A stretch of DNA of 64,000 nt from Halocafeteria seosinensis (Eukaryota). The position numbers were made by a program, and so were the translations under genes. The stretch's first letter is position 1. The number at the start of each line of letters is the position of its first letter. The notes beneath the pieces were generated by a model. It searched no databases and was not told where the DNA came from. It saw only the letters and a list, made by a program, of their open reading frames with translations. Of this stretch, positions 47,928-62,100 are shown one piece after another. The DNA is taken from contig LVLI01000325.1 of the NCBI GenBank assembly GCA_001687465.1, positions 1 to 64,000 on the forward strand, in the 5' to 3' direction.

Positions 47928-48700
47928 ATGGACGACTATTCCTGGTAGTAAAGTACCCAAGCGCTTACCGCTGGCTGCTGCCGATTAACGGCAGACTTAC
48001 TTGTGAAGCTCGATTAGCAGACAGACTTGTGAAGCTCCGTCGCAACGGACAGTGCGGCACACATTTGCTCCTTCTCCGAACTTAAAAGTGTTTCGGCCCG
48101 ATGTTCAGTGCGGCAAGCGGACAATGATCATTGGACAACGCTAACGCTTCGTAACGAATTGAGTACACTCTATTTTGGTTTTATCATGTCCTAAGTGAGC
48201 ACATACTTCTGTTTTACCCACAGAGTGAGCCATCTGTAGACAGACTGTAGTGCAGTTGAGGTCCCATTGGTTTCACAAAGAAGAAATGTATGCGAAAGAG
48301 GACGATTCTGGAAAATCTTAAGTCAGAAGAAACATTCTGATACGAGTTTTCCAGAGTGCTTGGAGCTGAAAATCCTGCATGGCTCTTGTGTGACGATTGC
48401 TTGGGGTCAGGCGCTAAACCACATAGACAGCCCCGCAATAGCCCCTTACGCAGTTATATACTGCATCGACGAGGAAGGAAACGCAGAAATATTCGTTCAG
48501 AGAGGTACGGCTGAGGAATTTCTCATCGCGAAACCGGGTTGCGTGGGGTCTGGTTCCGAGTATGTTACTGTTTTGGAGTCTCCCTGCTTGAGAAGATCCA
48601 AGAGTCTCCGTGAATCCGAAACCCGCAAGGCAATCAAACGAGCAAGCGATAACAAAAACCCTTCGCTCTCGTTCGGAGGCCGATGACAAAAGTAGAACCA
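47928..48700 (+). pseudogene. Decayed Ntn-hydrolase (proteasome beta/HslV-like) gene
   Basis: ATG-G-ACG-ACT-ATT at 47928 reads, with frameshifts, MTTI-LVVKYPS..LAAAD*RQT. Later come IYCIDEEGN, CVGSGSEYV and KAIKRAS...SFGG, in the same order as in beta subunits. Confidence 0.55.
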
Positions 48701-48961
48701 AGTTCCGCGGGAGCCTTCATCCTCATGTAAAAGGGACATAAAAATTGTTTCAAGTAAAAAGGCTGGATCCTACACTCAAAACGTAGAAAGATAATATATG
48801 GTTGCTTCAACGTTCATAGAACGTCTCTCTTCGCTTCTTGAAGAAACTCGGCACATTGAAAAGTGTGTGGGATGGAGAGGCAAGCTGTAGCTCCATCCCG
48901 AAAATACTGCATCCCATGCTGCCATAAACTTTAATCATCCTCTATCCTGAATCAAGGGGGA

Positions 48962-49957
48962 TCACCCTCCTTGAAATGTAAGTGCTCCTCGTAATGGGCC
49001 CAGCTGTTGCATAAGAACCGCCCCGGCGGCATTAACATTTAACGAATCACACTGTAGATGCCAGCATCCCCCCGCAGTGGGTCGAGGAATTTCTACGGAT
49101 GCGCCACAACCTCTTAGCAACGATGATACACCAAGTGCTTCATTGCCCAAAATGAGACACCTCGCAGTCTGAGCAGTCCGGGATTCCTTCTTTGAGTAAA
49201 ATCCCTTACCATCGCTTGGGAGCCGTGTAGCCGCTACCAAAGTGTCCATCTTGCGCAATTCCACGGAAAGAACTTTAAGATCAGTAAACGATTGGACTGG
49301 CATATGATAGACGGCACCCATCGAAGCCCGGACGACCTTCTCATTGTAGCAGTCTGCCGAACCGTTCGTGCTGATAACTCCATCCCATCCGAGATATAGA
49401 CACGACCTGATTAGAGTCCCCACGTTAAGTGGATCTTGTACACCGTCTAAAACGAGAAGAAAATTGATTTCTTTGGTTAGTGCTTTATGCAATAAATCCT
49501 GAGGGGCAGACATCCCGACCTCTGCGACAACTTCTTGATCACCTACTTGCGCAGCATCGCTCAATTTCAGCATAGCATTGGAAGCATATAGCTGAGGACG
49601 ATGTTCCCGCGGTAAGTTTGAAACCAATGAGAGAATACCGGCATTATCTTCGTTAACCGCTGACAAAGCCTTGGATGAAAGTATAAGCCTCTTGATAGGA
49701 ATCAGTTTGTCTTGTGAAGCGCTATCTTGAGCCAACAAATGGGTGTTGTACCGCAACAAGTCTTCCGCAATTGACCGTCCTCGACAGAAGGTTGTTCGCT
49801 GATGGAAACGATACTTTGAGGAGCTCCTCAGCTTGACCAAGTGCTTCAATAGAGAATGGCTGCAATAATATAGACACGATCAACCAAGTCCAACGAACTA
49901 ACTATACAACTCAGGTATGCATACATACCTGATTCTTTCATGCGGCGGGATTTTCAT
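48962..49957 (-). CDS. SpoU/TrmH-family RNA 2'-O-methyltransferase (MRM3/RNMTL1-like)
   Basis: Exon 1 49957-49929, intron 49860-49928. Motifs LVLDGVQDPLNVGTLIRS, KVVRASMGA, LILGNEALGVS and DSLNVNAAGAVLM. Confidence 0.92.
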
Positions 49958-50188
49958 GATACCACAGTGTTATAAGCAGCTTGTCTTTATTTCCTTCCAA
50001 TGTGAGTAGTTGTCTCAGAATCCGCGATCCTGTCTGTGTCCAGCCTACCACGCTGCAGTAACTTCAAGCCACGCGACGTGACCTCTACTTGAAGCGACAC
50101 AGACCCCTGGCATTCACAAGGACAGATACAAAGGGTTTGTGGCTGTTATCTGGCAAAATTACCAGTATATTGACATCTATCCATACAT

Positions 50189-53100
50189 ATGAGCGACGAT
50201 ACAAACGAGGCGCCGATGGCGCTGCTAGTGTGTGCTCGAGAAGCAGCACATCGCTTGTCTGTACACATGCCAGCCTTTCAGGACGCTGCTGGCGGGAAGC
50301 GATGGAGGGAGGACCATGGTGCACAGGAGGAATCAACAAAGCGGATTCGGATGGTGAACGGAGAGGCAGCGTCCAACGGTGGAACAGAATCGGAGAATGG
50401 AGGTACCACGCAGATGCTCGCTACAGGGAACCAATACCAGTCTGAATTCGTGGAATTAGCCGAGTTAATTCGCGTTCTGGCGTTGAGACTACTGGACCAC
50501 ACACAATTTCAAAAGGTTGCGGCTGAGTGCCGACGAATTCTTCCACTGCTGGTTGATGAATGGACCGCTTCTGTGAGAAGTAGCGTTTCGACTTGCGAGA
50601 GGAATTCCTCAGGGTTACATTCGTTGTTGAGTTCAACTGTGGATGCCTGTCACGTATGTACACAAATTCGAGACGTTCAGTTTGACTGAATAACATGATC
50701 GTTTGTCTTCCCTGTGCTCATTATCCACAGGGCCTAAAGGATGCAGTGCCAGCAGACATGGCTTGCTTGCTAGCGGCTCAACTTCTAGGGATTTATCCAC
50801 AAGTATGAGATATTGCTAAAAGGAATGTTGGCGTGTGGATTCTAACTATAATCATTTTTGTGCCTTACAGCTAGAAAACAGCGTCTACCGTTTGCTACTT
50901 GAATGCGTGCCCGTTTTTTCCACAGTACTACAGGAACCGATTGACGTCCGTTGTCATTGTGCCATTGCTGCCTCACTGAATTGTAAGTCAACCGTCGAAT
51001 TACGTCAATTTTGATCGTACAGGAATAATCTGAAATGCTTTGAAGAACAGATTTTACTGCAAGTGCGAAGCACTTGGACTTGCCTGCAGGAGCGGCTGGG
51101 CTATTGCAGCGACTGTGTACGTCCAATGATCTTGTGACAAGGTGAGTGCATGTGTTGTTAACGGCTGTGTTTGTTCTATTTTACTGTTTCGCCTTTTTAT
51201 ACAGATACCATGCGTTAAAGTGCATGGGTGGAACTCTCGGGCTCGACTCTTTTCACACCTCCAAGTTAATCTACTCGGCGCTGCTCATGGACTCAGGCGA
51301 ACAAGGGATTGAGATCCAGCATATGAGTAGCATCAGTACACTGAAGTATTGCACTGAGGGTTCAATTGAATCAGTTACAGTGACGTCTTTTGACCAAGCT
51401 CACTCATTTTTGTTGGAACTCCACAGCCGCGATGTAGCTCAGGAAAAAATCGCATGGCAGCTGCTTTTTTCGTTTGATTCGGGTAGGCGAACGGTCTCTC
51501 GGAATGAAGCCCTCACGGTTGACAGTAACGTTTTCAAGAATTTTAAGATGGTTTGTGGTGTATTGTTCGAAACCGATAACTCCATTACCGAGGGAGGGAG
51601 ACCCAGTCCTGCTTTTGTGAAAACGGATACAACACGGTCTAACTTGTCTGCCCTAGCAGAAGGAATGATTTCATCCAAACCTGTGTTACTGGAGGGTGTG
51701 TCAGGATCCGGAAAGTCCACGCTAGTTAGGAAGCTCTGTAGCGAAATTTTTGGCGAGGCGACATCGAAGCAATTGATGGAGTTGCATTTAGATGAGAGCA
51801 TGGATAGTAAAACTCTGCTAGGTACCTATGTTTGCACGGATACTCCTGGTGAATTCAAGTGGGCTCCAGGTGCACTGACTCAAGCTGTTACGCAGGGCAA
51901 GTGGGTGCTGATTGAAGACATTGATCGAGCACCGTTTGACGTTTTGACTACTCTTTTACCGCTCTTGGAGAGCGGAATGCTGCTACTACCAGGACAAGGA
52001 AAAACGACCGGTGCGAGTAACGTGGCACCAGGTTTCAAACTGTTTGCAACTCGAACTGTTGACGAACATCACCCTTCTTCTCATCGTTATCTCAATGCTT
52101 TTCTTAGCCATTTTTTTCCTGTTAGCGTTCAACCATTCTCAATGGAGGAACTGGAAGACATTGTGCACCAAAGGTTTCCCGGAATGCCTCCAAGTGTGGT
52201 TAAGAAAGCAGTGCAGACATACGAAGTCTTGGCACATGCGTACACGGGAGAAGTCGATTGCTTACCTAGTACGGCTGCTCAATCTTTGTTAGAACTACAA
52301 CCTCTGCGGAAATTTTCAAGGCCGATGACATCAAGACATGTGTTCACCTGGATTAATCGCTTTTATGACGAGGCGAAGAAAAGCTTTAAATACAGCGGAC
52401 TAATTCAAGAAGAATTGCGTCAGAGAATCGTGCAGGATGCATGCGATATCTTTATCTCGTATATACCCCAAGAAGACACTAAGGACGCCCTTGGTGTGGC
52501 GCTCTCCTCTATATGGGAGTTGGACGCCAGTCTGGTAAAATCTAATGCGGAAAACAGGATTTCTAACACGGGCCTGTTGCAGAGCGAAATGCGTGATTCC
52601 TGTGTTGCTAAGGTGGGTCGTTTCGAATTACCAATATTGAATTGGGTGGGTACCGATCCTTCCGAGCAGCATCAAACGATGCTCCCGCATGATTTTATCG
52701 CTACAAACGCTTCTACATCGTTGATGGAAAAGCTAGCGGGGAACGTTAAGTACAATGAACCTTGTTTGCTTGTCGGGAAAACCGGAAATGGGAAGACTTA
52801 CGTGATTCAAGCACTGGCTTACTGTGTCGGTGCCCGTCTTACAGTACAGAACTTAAATGTACAGTCAGATAGTTCTGATCTTCTTGGGGGTTTCAAGCCC
52901 GTATCCGCGGTACAATTGGCTAAACCATTGTGGGAAGAATTTCACACTTTGTTTTCGTCCACATTTCCTCGTCGGCGTGAGAATGAAGAGTTTTTGGCAA
53001 CAGTAAAGACGGGGTACTACTCTCAACGGAAATGGACAAAGTTTGTTAGGGCTTTGCAAAAGGCTTGTGATGCAGCTATCGTGAAAGTAGACAAGGGCAA

Positions 53101-56100
53101 TAATTCCTCCCTCAAGGAGCAATGGGTTCAGTTCAAGTCCAAGGTAAATACGTTTGACAAGCAGCAAGTACACTCCGAGTCTATGATGTTTGCTTTTGTG
53201 GAAGGTGCCCTGGTAAAAGCCATGCGCTCAGGTGACTGGGTTTTGCTTGATGAAATAAATCTGGCCTCAGCAGAAACGATCCAAAGGTTATGTGGTCTGC
53301 TGGATTCTGCGGAAGGCAGCATTGCTGTTACAGAGAAAGGCGATATTGATTTTGTTCCGCGGCATCCAAATTTTCGTATTTTTGCGGCCATGAATCCTGC
53401 TGTTGATAAAGGGAAAAAAGAGCTCCCTCCTGCAATTCGACAGCGCTTCATAGAGATATGGGTTCCAGAAGTGGTAGACAGCGCAGATTTGAAGAGAATT
53501 GTTCGTGGCTACCTTCATAGTGTGATTGTTCGGGGAAGCAAACACCGACTCTCGGACGAGCAAGTAAACTCGATTGTATCGTTTCACTTAAGAGCTCGGG
53601 ATTTATCCAGGAAGACACTTACGGATGGTTCAGGCACGAGACCCAACTACACTCTACGAACACTATGTAGATCTTTGGCGTTCGCTTCGTCCGTTTGTGG
53701 CAAAGGATACGGTTTATCCCTTCCTCGAGCGCTGTACGAAGGTATCTGTATGAGTTATCTGACCCAGTTGGATGCTAAATCGACAAAGACAATATCCAAG
53801 GAGGTTCCTTCTACTGTGGGAAGTGATAAACCAGTGACATACGGTTCGCTTCCGCTTCCCTCCGTCGAAGGCGCCAAAGTCTTCAGCGTTACTCCGATTC
53901 CCTCAGGTGGAGCGAATCATGTCACAGAACAGCATATTCGAGAGGAGACTGAAAACAATGCCAATTACTTTACCCAGGTTCTAGAATATTGGATGCGCGT
54001 AGGAAGTTTTGCTCCACACGATCCCTCGGTGCCAGCTAGTGCGGCAAGCAAGACGGGCACCGGAATTGTAGACTTTGTGCTGACTAAATCTGTTCGAAGA
54101 GACTTATCTAAACTCTCTCGTGCAATACTGTTCGGAAAGCACCCTGTTCTTGTTCAAGGACCGACTAGTAGCGGCAAAACCTCTATCATTCATTATTTGG
54201 GTTGCAGAACGGGTCATAAGGTCATACGAATCAATAACCACGAGCATACTGACGTCGCTGAGTATCTGGGAAGCTTCGCGCCAACGTCGTCTGGACAGAT
54301 GGTGTTCCAAGAAGGACCATTGGTGACTGCAATGCGGCAAGGATGGTGGGTGATCCTGGATGAGCTCAACCTAGCGCCCTCAGAAGTGTTAGAGGCGTTG
54401 AATCGGTTATTGGATGATAACCGAGAACTGTTCATACCCGACACTCAGGAAACGGTTCATCCCGATCCTCGTTTTATGCTATTTGCAACGCAGAATCCAC
54501 CAGGTCTTTATGGAGGTAGGAAGACTTTGTCGGAGGCGTTTCGGAATCGGTTTTTAGAGGTGCATATGGATGAAATACCACCAGAAGAACTCCAGACTCT
54601 TCTTGTAAAAAGAACGAATATTGCGGACTCACACGCGAAATCCATGGTAAGAGTAATGGTGGAACTCCAACAGAGGAGGCAGCTAACAGCGGTATTCGCC
54701 GGAAAACATGGCTTCGTCACCCCGCGGGACTTGCTGCGCTGGGCCAACCGGGAACCACGGACCTGGGAGGAAATAAAGGCTCAAGGATACATGCTTCTTG
54801 GGGAAAGACTACGAAGAGAGGACGAAAAGACAGTTGTGAAGGCTGCCATTGATAGAAATAGTGGGCCTGCTGACTCTGTAGATTCAATTATCCAAGGATA
54901 CTACTTGAGCAACCATGCTAACTCCGATCGCTCCAAACGACGAAAACTGGAACAATCTGTGAGCGAATTGGCCCCCGAAAACTTCATTTCAAAAATGGAT
55001 TCCTTAAGGCTTGGAGAATCCACGTTACAGGGAGTTGGAACTATCTCACTGACGAATTCTTTGAAGAGGCTTATTGCACTTGTCGGCCATGCACTGCGTC
55101 AGAAAGAACCAATTTTGCTTATTGGTGAGACTGGGTGCGGAAAGACGACGGTGGTACAGCTGTTTGCCGCGATGCTTAACAGCTCGCTCCACGTTGTAAA
55201 CTGTCATGCCAACTCCGAGGTATCTGACTTCATTGGTGGGCTCAGACCAGTACGTGGCAAAGAGGAAGCAAAGAAAGAACTTGTTCGCCAACTGAGGGAA
55301 ATATTAACGCCGATTCTTGAGCGTGAATCTATCGAGGGATGGCGGGAGTCGGAGACCATTAATACCTTGCTAGAGGAGAGCCCTGACTCAGAGTCTGTTT
55401 CCACTGAATCCCTACTAAAGTTATACAATGAGCTGCGTAGACAATCAGCTATCGTTTCAGAGGAACGCATCAGCTATTGCGATTCTCTGAAGAAAAAACT
55501 TCAAAACATTTTCGAATGGCAAGATGGTCCTTTAGTGACCGCAATGAAGGAAGGTCACTTTTTCCTGCTTGATGAAATTTCCCTCGCTGAAGATGCCGTG
55601 ATCGAGAGATTGAATTCGGTGTTGGAACCTCAACGAAGATTAACTGTTGCTGAGCTGTCCGGCGGAGGCCAGTTTAGTGACTCGAATGGACTAGCCGGAG
55701 AAATTCAAGCCCACACCGATTTTCAATTCATCGCAACCATGAACCCTGGAGGTGACTTCGGGAAGAGAGAGCTAAGTCCTGCCCTGCGAAATCGTTTTAC
55801 AGAGATCTGGGTGCCTTCTCTTTCCATTGAGGGTGACCTAAGAGTTATCATGAACGATATTTTCCTCGAACATAAGGGGACATTGAGGGAACACATTAGT
55901 CGACATTGTTCCGCCGACACGGCATTGCACGACTTCGACGCAATCGAACCTGTTTTGGATGAAGTGCAGTCATGTGTTGTTTCTTTTGTGGAATGGTTGC
56001 TACCGAGAATTGGGGGCTCGTCTCTTGAAAGCGCCATTGGGAGCGCTCATTCTAAGTCAGTGATTTTCTCGGTAAGAGATGTTCAAAGCTGGATAGGGTT

Positions 56101-59100
56101 TATTAGCACTAGTTATCGAAACTGTTCTACCCTCCTGTTAAAGCATCCTTCATTGAGGAAGGAATTCCCATCTGCGCCTACATTGCTGTGGTCTTTGTTT
56201 GGTCACGGCGCAGCTTTGTGCTTGTTGGATGGGCTAGGGCTGGGAACTGGAAGTGCTAAAGAGAGTTTCGGCTCATTCTACAATGATTGTCTGGAATCTT
56301 TAGCTCAGAAGGTTCCCCCGGAATACGAGGTCGTTGTTAAGCAATCCATCACGCTACAAGAGCAACAGGGTAATTACGGGTTTAGGCAATTCGACAATTT
56401 ATTTGGCAAGCCTCCTTTTTTCGTGGAAGCACAGGATGTGAACCAACAATTTTCTTTCAAGGCTCCGACCACTGCGTGCAACGTCATGCGACTTCTTCGC
56501 TCGATGCAATTGAACAAGGCAGTATTGCTTGAGGGAGATCCCGGCGTCGGCAAGACAAGCATCGTTGAAGCCTTGGCACGCAGATGTAACAAGCGACTTG
56601 TCAGAATTAATCTATCGGAGCAGACAGATGTCGCAGACTTGTTTGGTAGCGATTTACCGGTTTCTTCGGAAGATGAAAGCTCTCCGGAATTTGCCTGGAC
56701 CGACGGAGTGTTCCTACGTGCGTTGCGTCAAGGAGAGTGGGTCTTACTTGACGAGTTAAATTTGGCGTCTCAGTCTGTGCTGGAAGGACTAAATGCTTGT
56801 CTTGACCATCGGAAAACAGTCTTCATCCCGGAGCTTGGCATGACGTTTCAGTGCTCTCCAGAATTTCGGATTTTTGCCTCACAGAATCCAGTGATACAAG
56901 GGGGTGGCCGAAAAGGATTACCGCGATCCTTTTTAAATCGCTTTACAAAAGTGCATGTACAGGAGTTGCAACGTGCGGACATGTTGCAGATCTTGGAGGA
57001 CAAGTTTCCCCTACTGTCTTCCCAATTGGAAAGAGATGGAGAAAAAACTATTGATAAAATGCTGGACTTTATCCTCGGACTGCAGAAAAATGTAATCAAG
57101 GACCAAACCTTTGGTGCTGCTGGCTCACCTTGGGAATTCAATTTGAGGGATCTGTTTAGGTGGTCTACTGTGACGAAGAAATACGGCTTTGATTCGACGA
57201 GTGGATATTATGATCCTGGGAGAACTGTTGCCTTGCTATTTTCCCTCAGAATGCGATCCGCAAAAGACCGTGCGGGTGTTGAAGCGCTCTTTTCGGAAAT
57301 ATTCCATCGATCTTGTAGGCAATGGAATGCATTTTCTTGGAAACTGACAGTGAATAATGACAGTGTGAGAGTCGGGGATGCCCAACTATCCAGCAATATT
57401 CCTAGGAGCCAAGGATGGAGTAGTTTATTGCCTACGATTGATGGTATACTTGGGTCCTCCTCATCTCCGAGACATTCTTCGGTACATAATATGACTTTGT
57501 CCCCCTCCTTAGGACTGATTCTTCACTCTATGGTGCAATGTGTAGAGCAGCAATGGCCGATACTCCTGATAGGTGCCTCTTGTTCTGGAAAGACTACTTC
57601 TGTGCGGTTTCTTTCCTCTCTTGCCAATAAGCGTTTGATTGAAATCCCGATGTCCGCTTCGACGGATGCTACGGAGCTGCTGGGCTGCTTTGAGCAGGCA
57701 GATCAGATGCGACTTTTGCGTGAAACAGGCGAGGCCATATATCAGCAAATGAACTCCTTGATATGCTCGTGGGTGACTGAGAATGATGAGATGTCTCGAA
57801 ATCTTCTACAGGCATTGAGTCACATAAAAAGCAGCTGCAGGCAGCTCATGAACACTGAAAGTGGCGAGCAACTAATCTCAGTGACACGCGACCAGCTGCT
57901 AAATTCTCCTACTGTGCAGGAGCTCCTTCCTCCGCGAATAAAGGAAACGATTGAGAACAAACTTCAAAAATTGGATAGGAAACTATCACGTAGAGCATTT
58001 GAATGGGTCGATGGCTCTCTTGTTGAAGGAATAGAGAACGGTCATTGGGTACTCTTGGAGAATGCTAATTTTTGCAACCCTTCGGTATTAGATCGTCTAA
58101 ATTCGCTACTGGAACCCGAGGGATTTCTGCTACTAAATGAATCGGGCGAAAAGAATCAAGATGGTACAGCCAGAATTGTCTATCCACACGAAAATTTTCG
58201 ACTATTTTTGAGCATGGATCCTTCCATCGGAAATCATCCTCCATTCGAAGATCAAGGGGTTACGGGTTTGGAGGTTAGCCGCGCTATGAGAAATCGTTGC
58301 GTAGAACTATGCCTGCTGCCCTCTAGCAGGACTGACCACTCTCGTAGGAAGCTTGAGAACCCCTCTTTCGACACGGCCTTGACTATTCTTCAATCTCGAA
58401 ACATCGAGAATAGAATTGCCATGGATTACATGTATTCATTGTTTCAGGCCCTGGCAAAGAATGCGGCATCGTCAGAGACGAAGCACAGGTTGACTTGGAG
58501 GCACTTTTCTCAATGGGCTAACAGTGCCTTAATTTCAGTCAAGTATGGGTTGTGTCATGGCGATGTGCAATCCATTCTGATATCTACGTTTCAAAGAGTG
58601 TTTGGCATTGGATCCAAAACGCTCAGCGTACTAACTCCTAATACAATGGATCCATCTCCCAACATCGATATTATTCGCAGACCGTGCAGTCCTTTCACGC
58701 TGGTCGAAAGCCAGCATTGGGATTTGACGGCGGCTCTTTATCCTGTGGTTGCAAAGTTGTTTCTTCCTGCGCAGACCGTGCACGGCATGTTGCATCAGAT
58801 GTGCTTCTTAGCTCATGCCTCCCTGGCTCGATTAAGGGCATCTAGTCTTCCTGGAATAGTAGGTAATACCAAAAGCGTTCTACAATGCTTAAGCGCTTTT
58901 TTCTCTGAAGCATCAATGACATCTTGTCAATTTAAGCCATCGGAAAGAAGTGTTCGGCTCGTGGCAGATGCAATAGTCTCAAAATGCAGGAGACAAGCTA
59001 GGATCACCGAAGTATACGGAAATTCCGAACTTCTCGCTTTTCTTGCTATGCTAGACGGAGAGCTGTTGTTAGCTTCACTTTCTGCGCAAACATGCGGGAA

Positions 59101-62100
59101 TACTTTCGAAGCATTGAAGACTCGAGCGGATGCTCGCTCCTTGGTGTTTATTTTAGGTCTCTCCTCCGCGACACTCCCGGTAGTTAACGAAACAATTGAG
59201 GATATACTGCCAGGATCAGTTGAACATTTCTCCGCCGACTATTTCAATCCAATCATTGTCCAGCTTTGTTCCAATTTGGAGATTCCGGAGCGGGTCATGC
59301 AAGGCTGTAAACTACTCCTGGAATGGTCAACCTTAATAAGACGTTACCTTTTGAATGCGTGGTCTTCGCTATCAGCTGCACACTGCGAGGAAGCGCTTTT
59401 TCTCGGTTGCCGTCTGGCTGGGATGTGGCGTTACTTGGATACCCTAACACCCAGAAATCACCCCTACATCGCGAATTTTTTTACTGTTGCTCTTCCTACG
59501 ATCCTAAAGAAATCCAGATGCTTTGTCGACACAATGCTTGCATCGCTTTCTGGCAAGGATCGACATGATTTTGTGGAGTTTAACTTGCTCTTTGTCAGTG
59601 GCTGCGACAGGAAGGTAATGGACCTGCCAACAGTGAGCATCGAAGAGGTTTTCCTCTCGGCGAAAGCGCCTGCATGGAAGTGGAATGGATTTCTCCGCCC
59701 GCTAGACGGAGTCGACGGAGAACGCTTTCGAACCGCCTTCTCCTTATTATCTGATGGCTATACATATTCGCCTCATCACACGTTTAAGGCTCCTGAGGAC
59801 GTGTTGCGAGCCAGGGAAAGCCCTCTGACAAAGGCGTTCTGTGAACTGTTGGATACTACCCAATTGTCTGGATTGTATAACCTTCTTTCAGTAGCTCGAA
59901 TGCAGCGCTCCATTGTTCCTGCTGCTGAAAAGTTTCACATGCCGATGTACCAACACTCCACACGCGATCACGCGAACAAAAACTGTATGAACGAACTGGA
60001 CTCAATGATTAAGGTAGTACACCGCATGCTTTGGGATCCGCGGAATTCGACCGTATCATACTTGCACTCGAATATAAGTGAAAAGACTATGGATTCACTA
60101 ATCGCGATGGAAGTAGAGTTAGGACATATCACCGGTAGTGCTTTAAGCGAATCTGAGCTACCAGAACAGCGAGATGTAGATGGCACCAGTGCATCGAGCG
60201 TGATCGTTATGTTGCCTTCCGAGAGCGCAAATATTTTCAGAAGAAATTGGGGTATTTCTAGTGCATTCATATTTTCAAAATGTGGAATCCAAGAAGAAGA
60301 GCAACGTTTTTTGAGTCGATTGAATGAAATGGCAGTGAAAGCACTGTGCTCCTTCGCCCTAGAGAAAAATGCAGATTTCAGTGCCGCTGAATCGCTTTAC
60401 CTTCCATTGAGGTCTTGCTTGACGAAACTGCAGCTTTTTTTAGAAGGTTCCACGCGAAGAGGATTAATTCCTTCCGAAAGAAGTAGCCTCTATCTTGGTG
60501 TAGTTTTTAGCACTAACGAATGCCTCGTCTCTGACTCAGCTAAGACTATGGGAACTCGACAACTCAGGTCAATGTACGTTGACACGTTCCTTGCTTCCTG
60601 GGCTGTTAGTAGACATGAAATATTAGCGTCGTTCTTTGAAGAGATGTGGAGTGCATACTCTACCGACGTTGTACTATCTACTTCTCTATCGTCTCAAATA
60701 GCGAGCTCGGATACTCATGAGGCACCTTCTCATGTGCCAAGTCGTCCCAACGTCGCTGAATTACTCTCATCGAGCCGGAAATTTAAAATGCTATCGCGAG
60801 TTTTAGATGCTGATGTGAATCGAGTAACTATATCAAACGTTATTAGCCAGACGTGGCGAGCGAAAACAGCTGCTTCCTTATCTGCGTTTATTACTTCGCG
60901 GGATGAAGAGTTGCTCGAATTAAATAGTAGGTTAATTGTTTCGGACGTGGCGTTGTTTTTCTCATTGTATCTTCTTCCAAGGAAGAGGCAGCGTAGCTTG
61001 ACGACCTCCGAGGAATATTTTTGCCGCAGTGTCGTTAACGCGGAATGGCAATCGTCCATTAGCCATCTGAAAGGAATATGGGATTCCCAAAATCTTAATA
61101 TTCGAGTTTCTACCGACACGGTTTCAGATTTTTTCACGAAGCTTGGAGACTTCGTACGCTCAGAGCCGAAATGGAGATCCTTAGGGGAAATGTGGGGCCT
61201 GTACGGGTGCACGAAAGCCCAGTTGGAACACCCATTCAGGCACTTAGATCCGTTATTGAGACAACATGTGAAAGCTACTCTACATGAAGCGGCAGCTTCC
61301 TCTGCAGATGCATACATGAAAGAGGCTGGAAAAAGTGAACAATCCATCTATGGGAGCGTTCCGCCTTCCGACGAGGATTTTTTGGTTTCTACTTACAGCT
61401 CTTTAAAGAGTGAGCTGGAGAAAACGCAAGAATGCTATCATGCACGTATCCAGCACCAAACTCTGACTGTTAAGTCCAGAACGCAATATGAGCACGTCAT
61501 TATGGAAATCGAATCTATAAAGAGTAATTTTGTTAATTTTGAAAAGTTTCAGGAGAAACTTGATTTGGAAAACGAACTCATTCGGGACTTCATTGATTCT
61601 ATTCGCTCTTCCTTGAGGCGACTAAAAATGTATGAGGATCAATTTAGCGATGTTGTACATCCGTTCTCCTCGGCGTGTTATCAAATGATATTAGGACTTG
61701 AAGTTCTAATTCGTTCGTACGAAGATGATGACCGACAAAATGAATCCTCGCACTCATTGACTGAGTTTCGCAACGCTGTAATGACACTGGGACAACGTAG
61801 AGACAGCGCTTGCAGCAGCGCCCACCTCCATGTAGCAACAGAATCTTTAAACAAACTCTTTGTTGAAAAAATACTTGATGTTTCCCTGCATGGTATATCG
61901 ACAGAAAGTGACGGTGGGGTGCAACACTTGGAAAACGCTGACGCTTCAAAGTTGATCCTAGACGAAGCTGAGGAGTTTGATTCTCTTTTCTTTGAGAGCA
62001 GTGAGGATAAACAAAAGGAGGGACAGTCGCATTCTCGGAGAAAGCGTCCCCCGGATGCTGCTAATACGATTTTAAGAGTCGTAGAGAGTATGTTCGGTTC

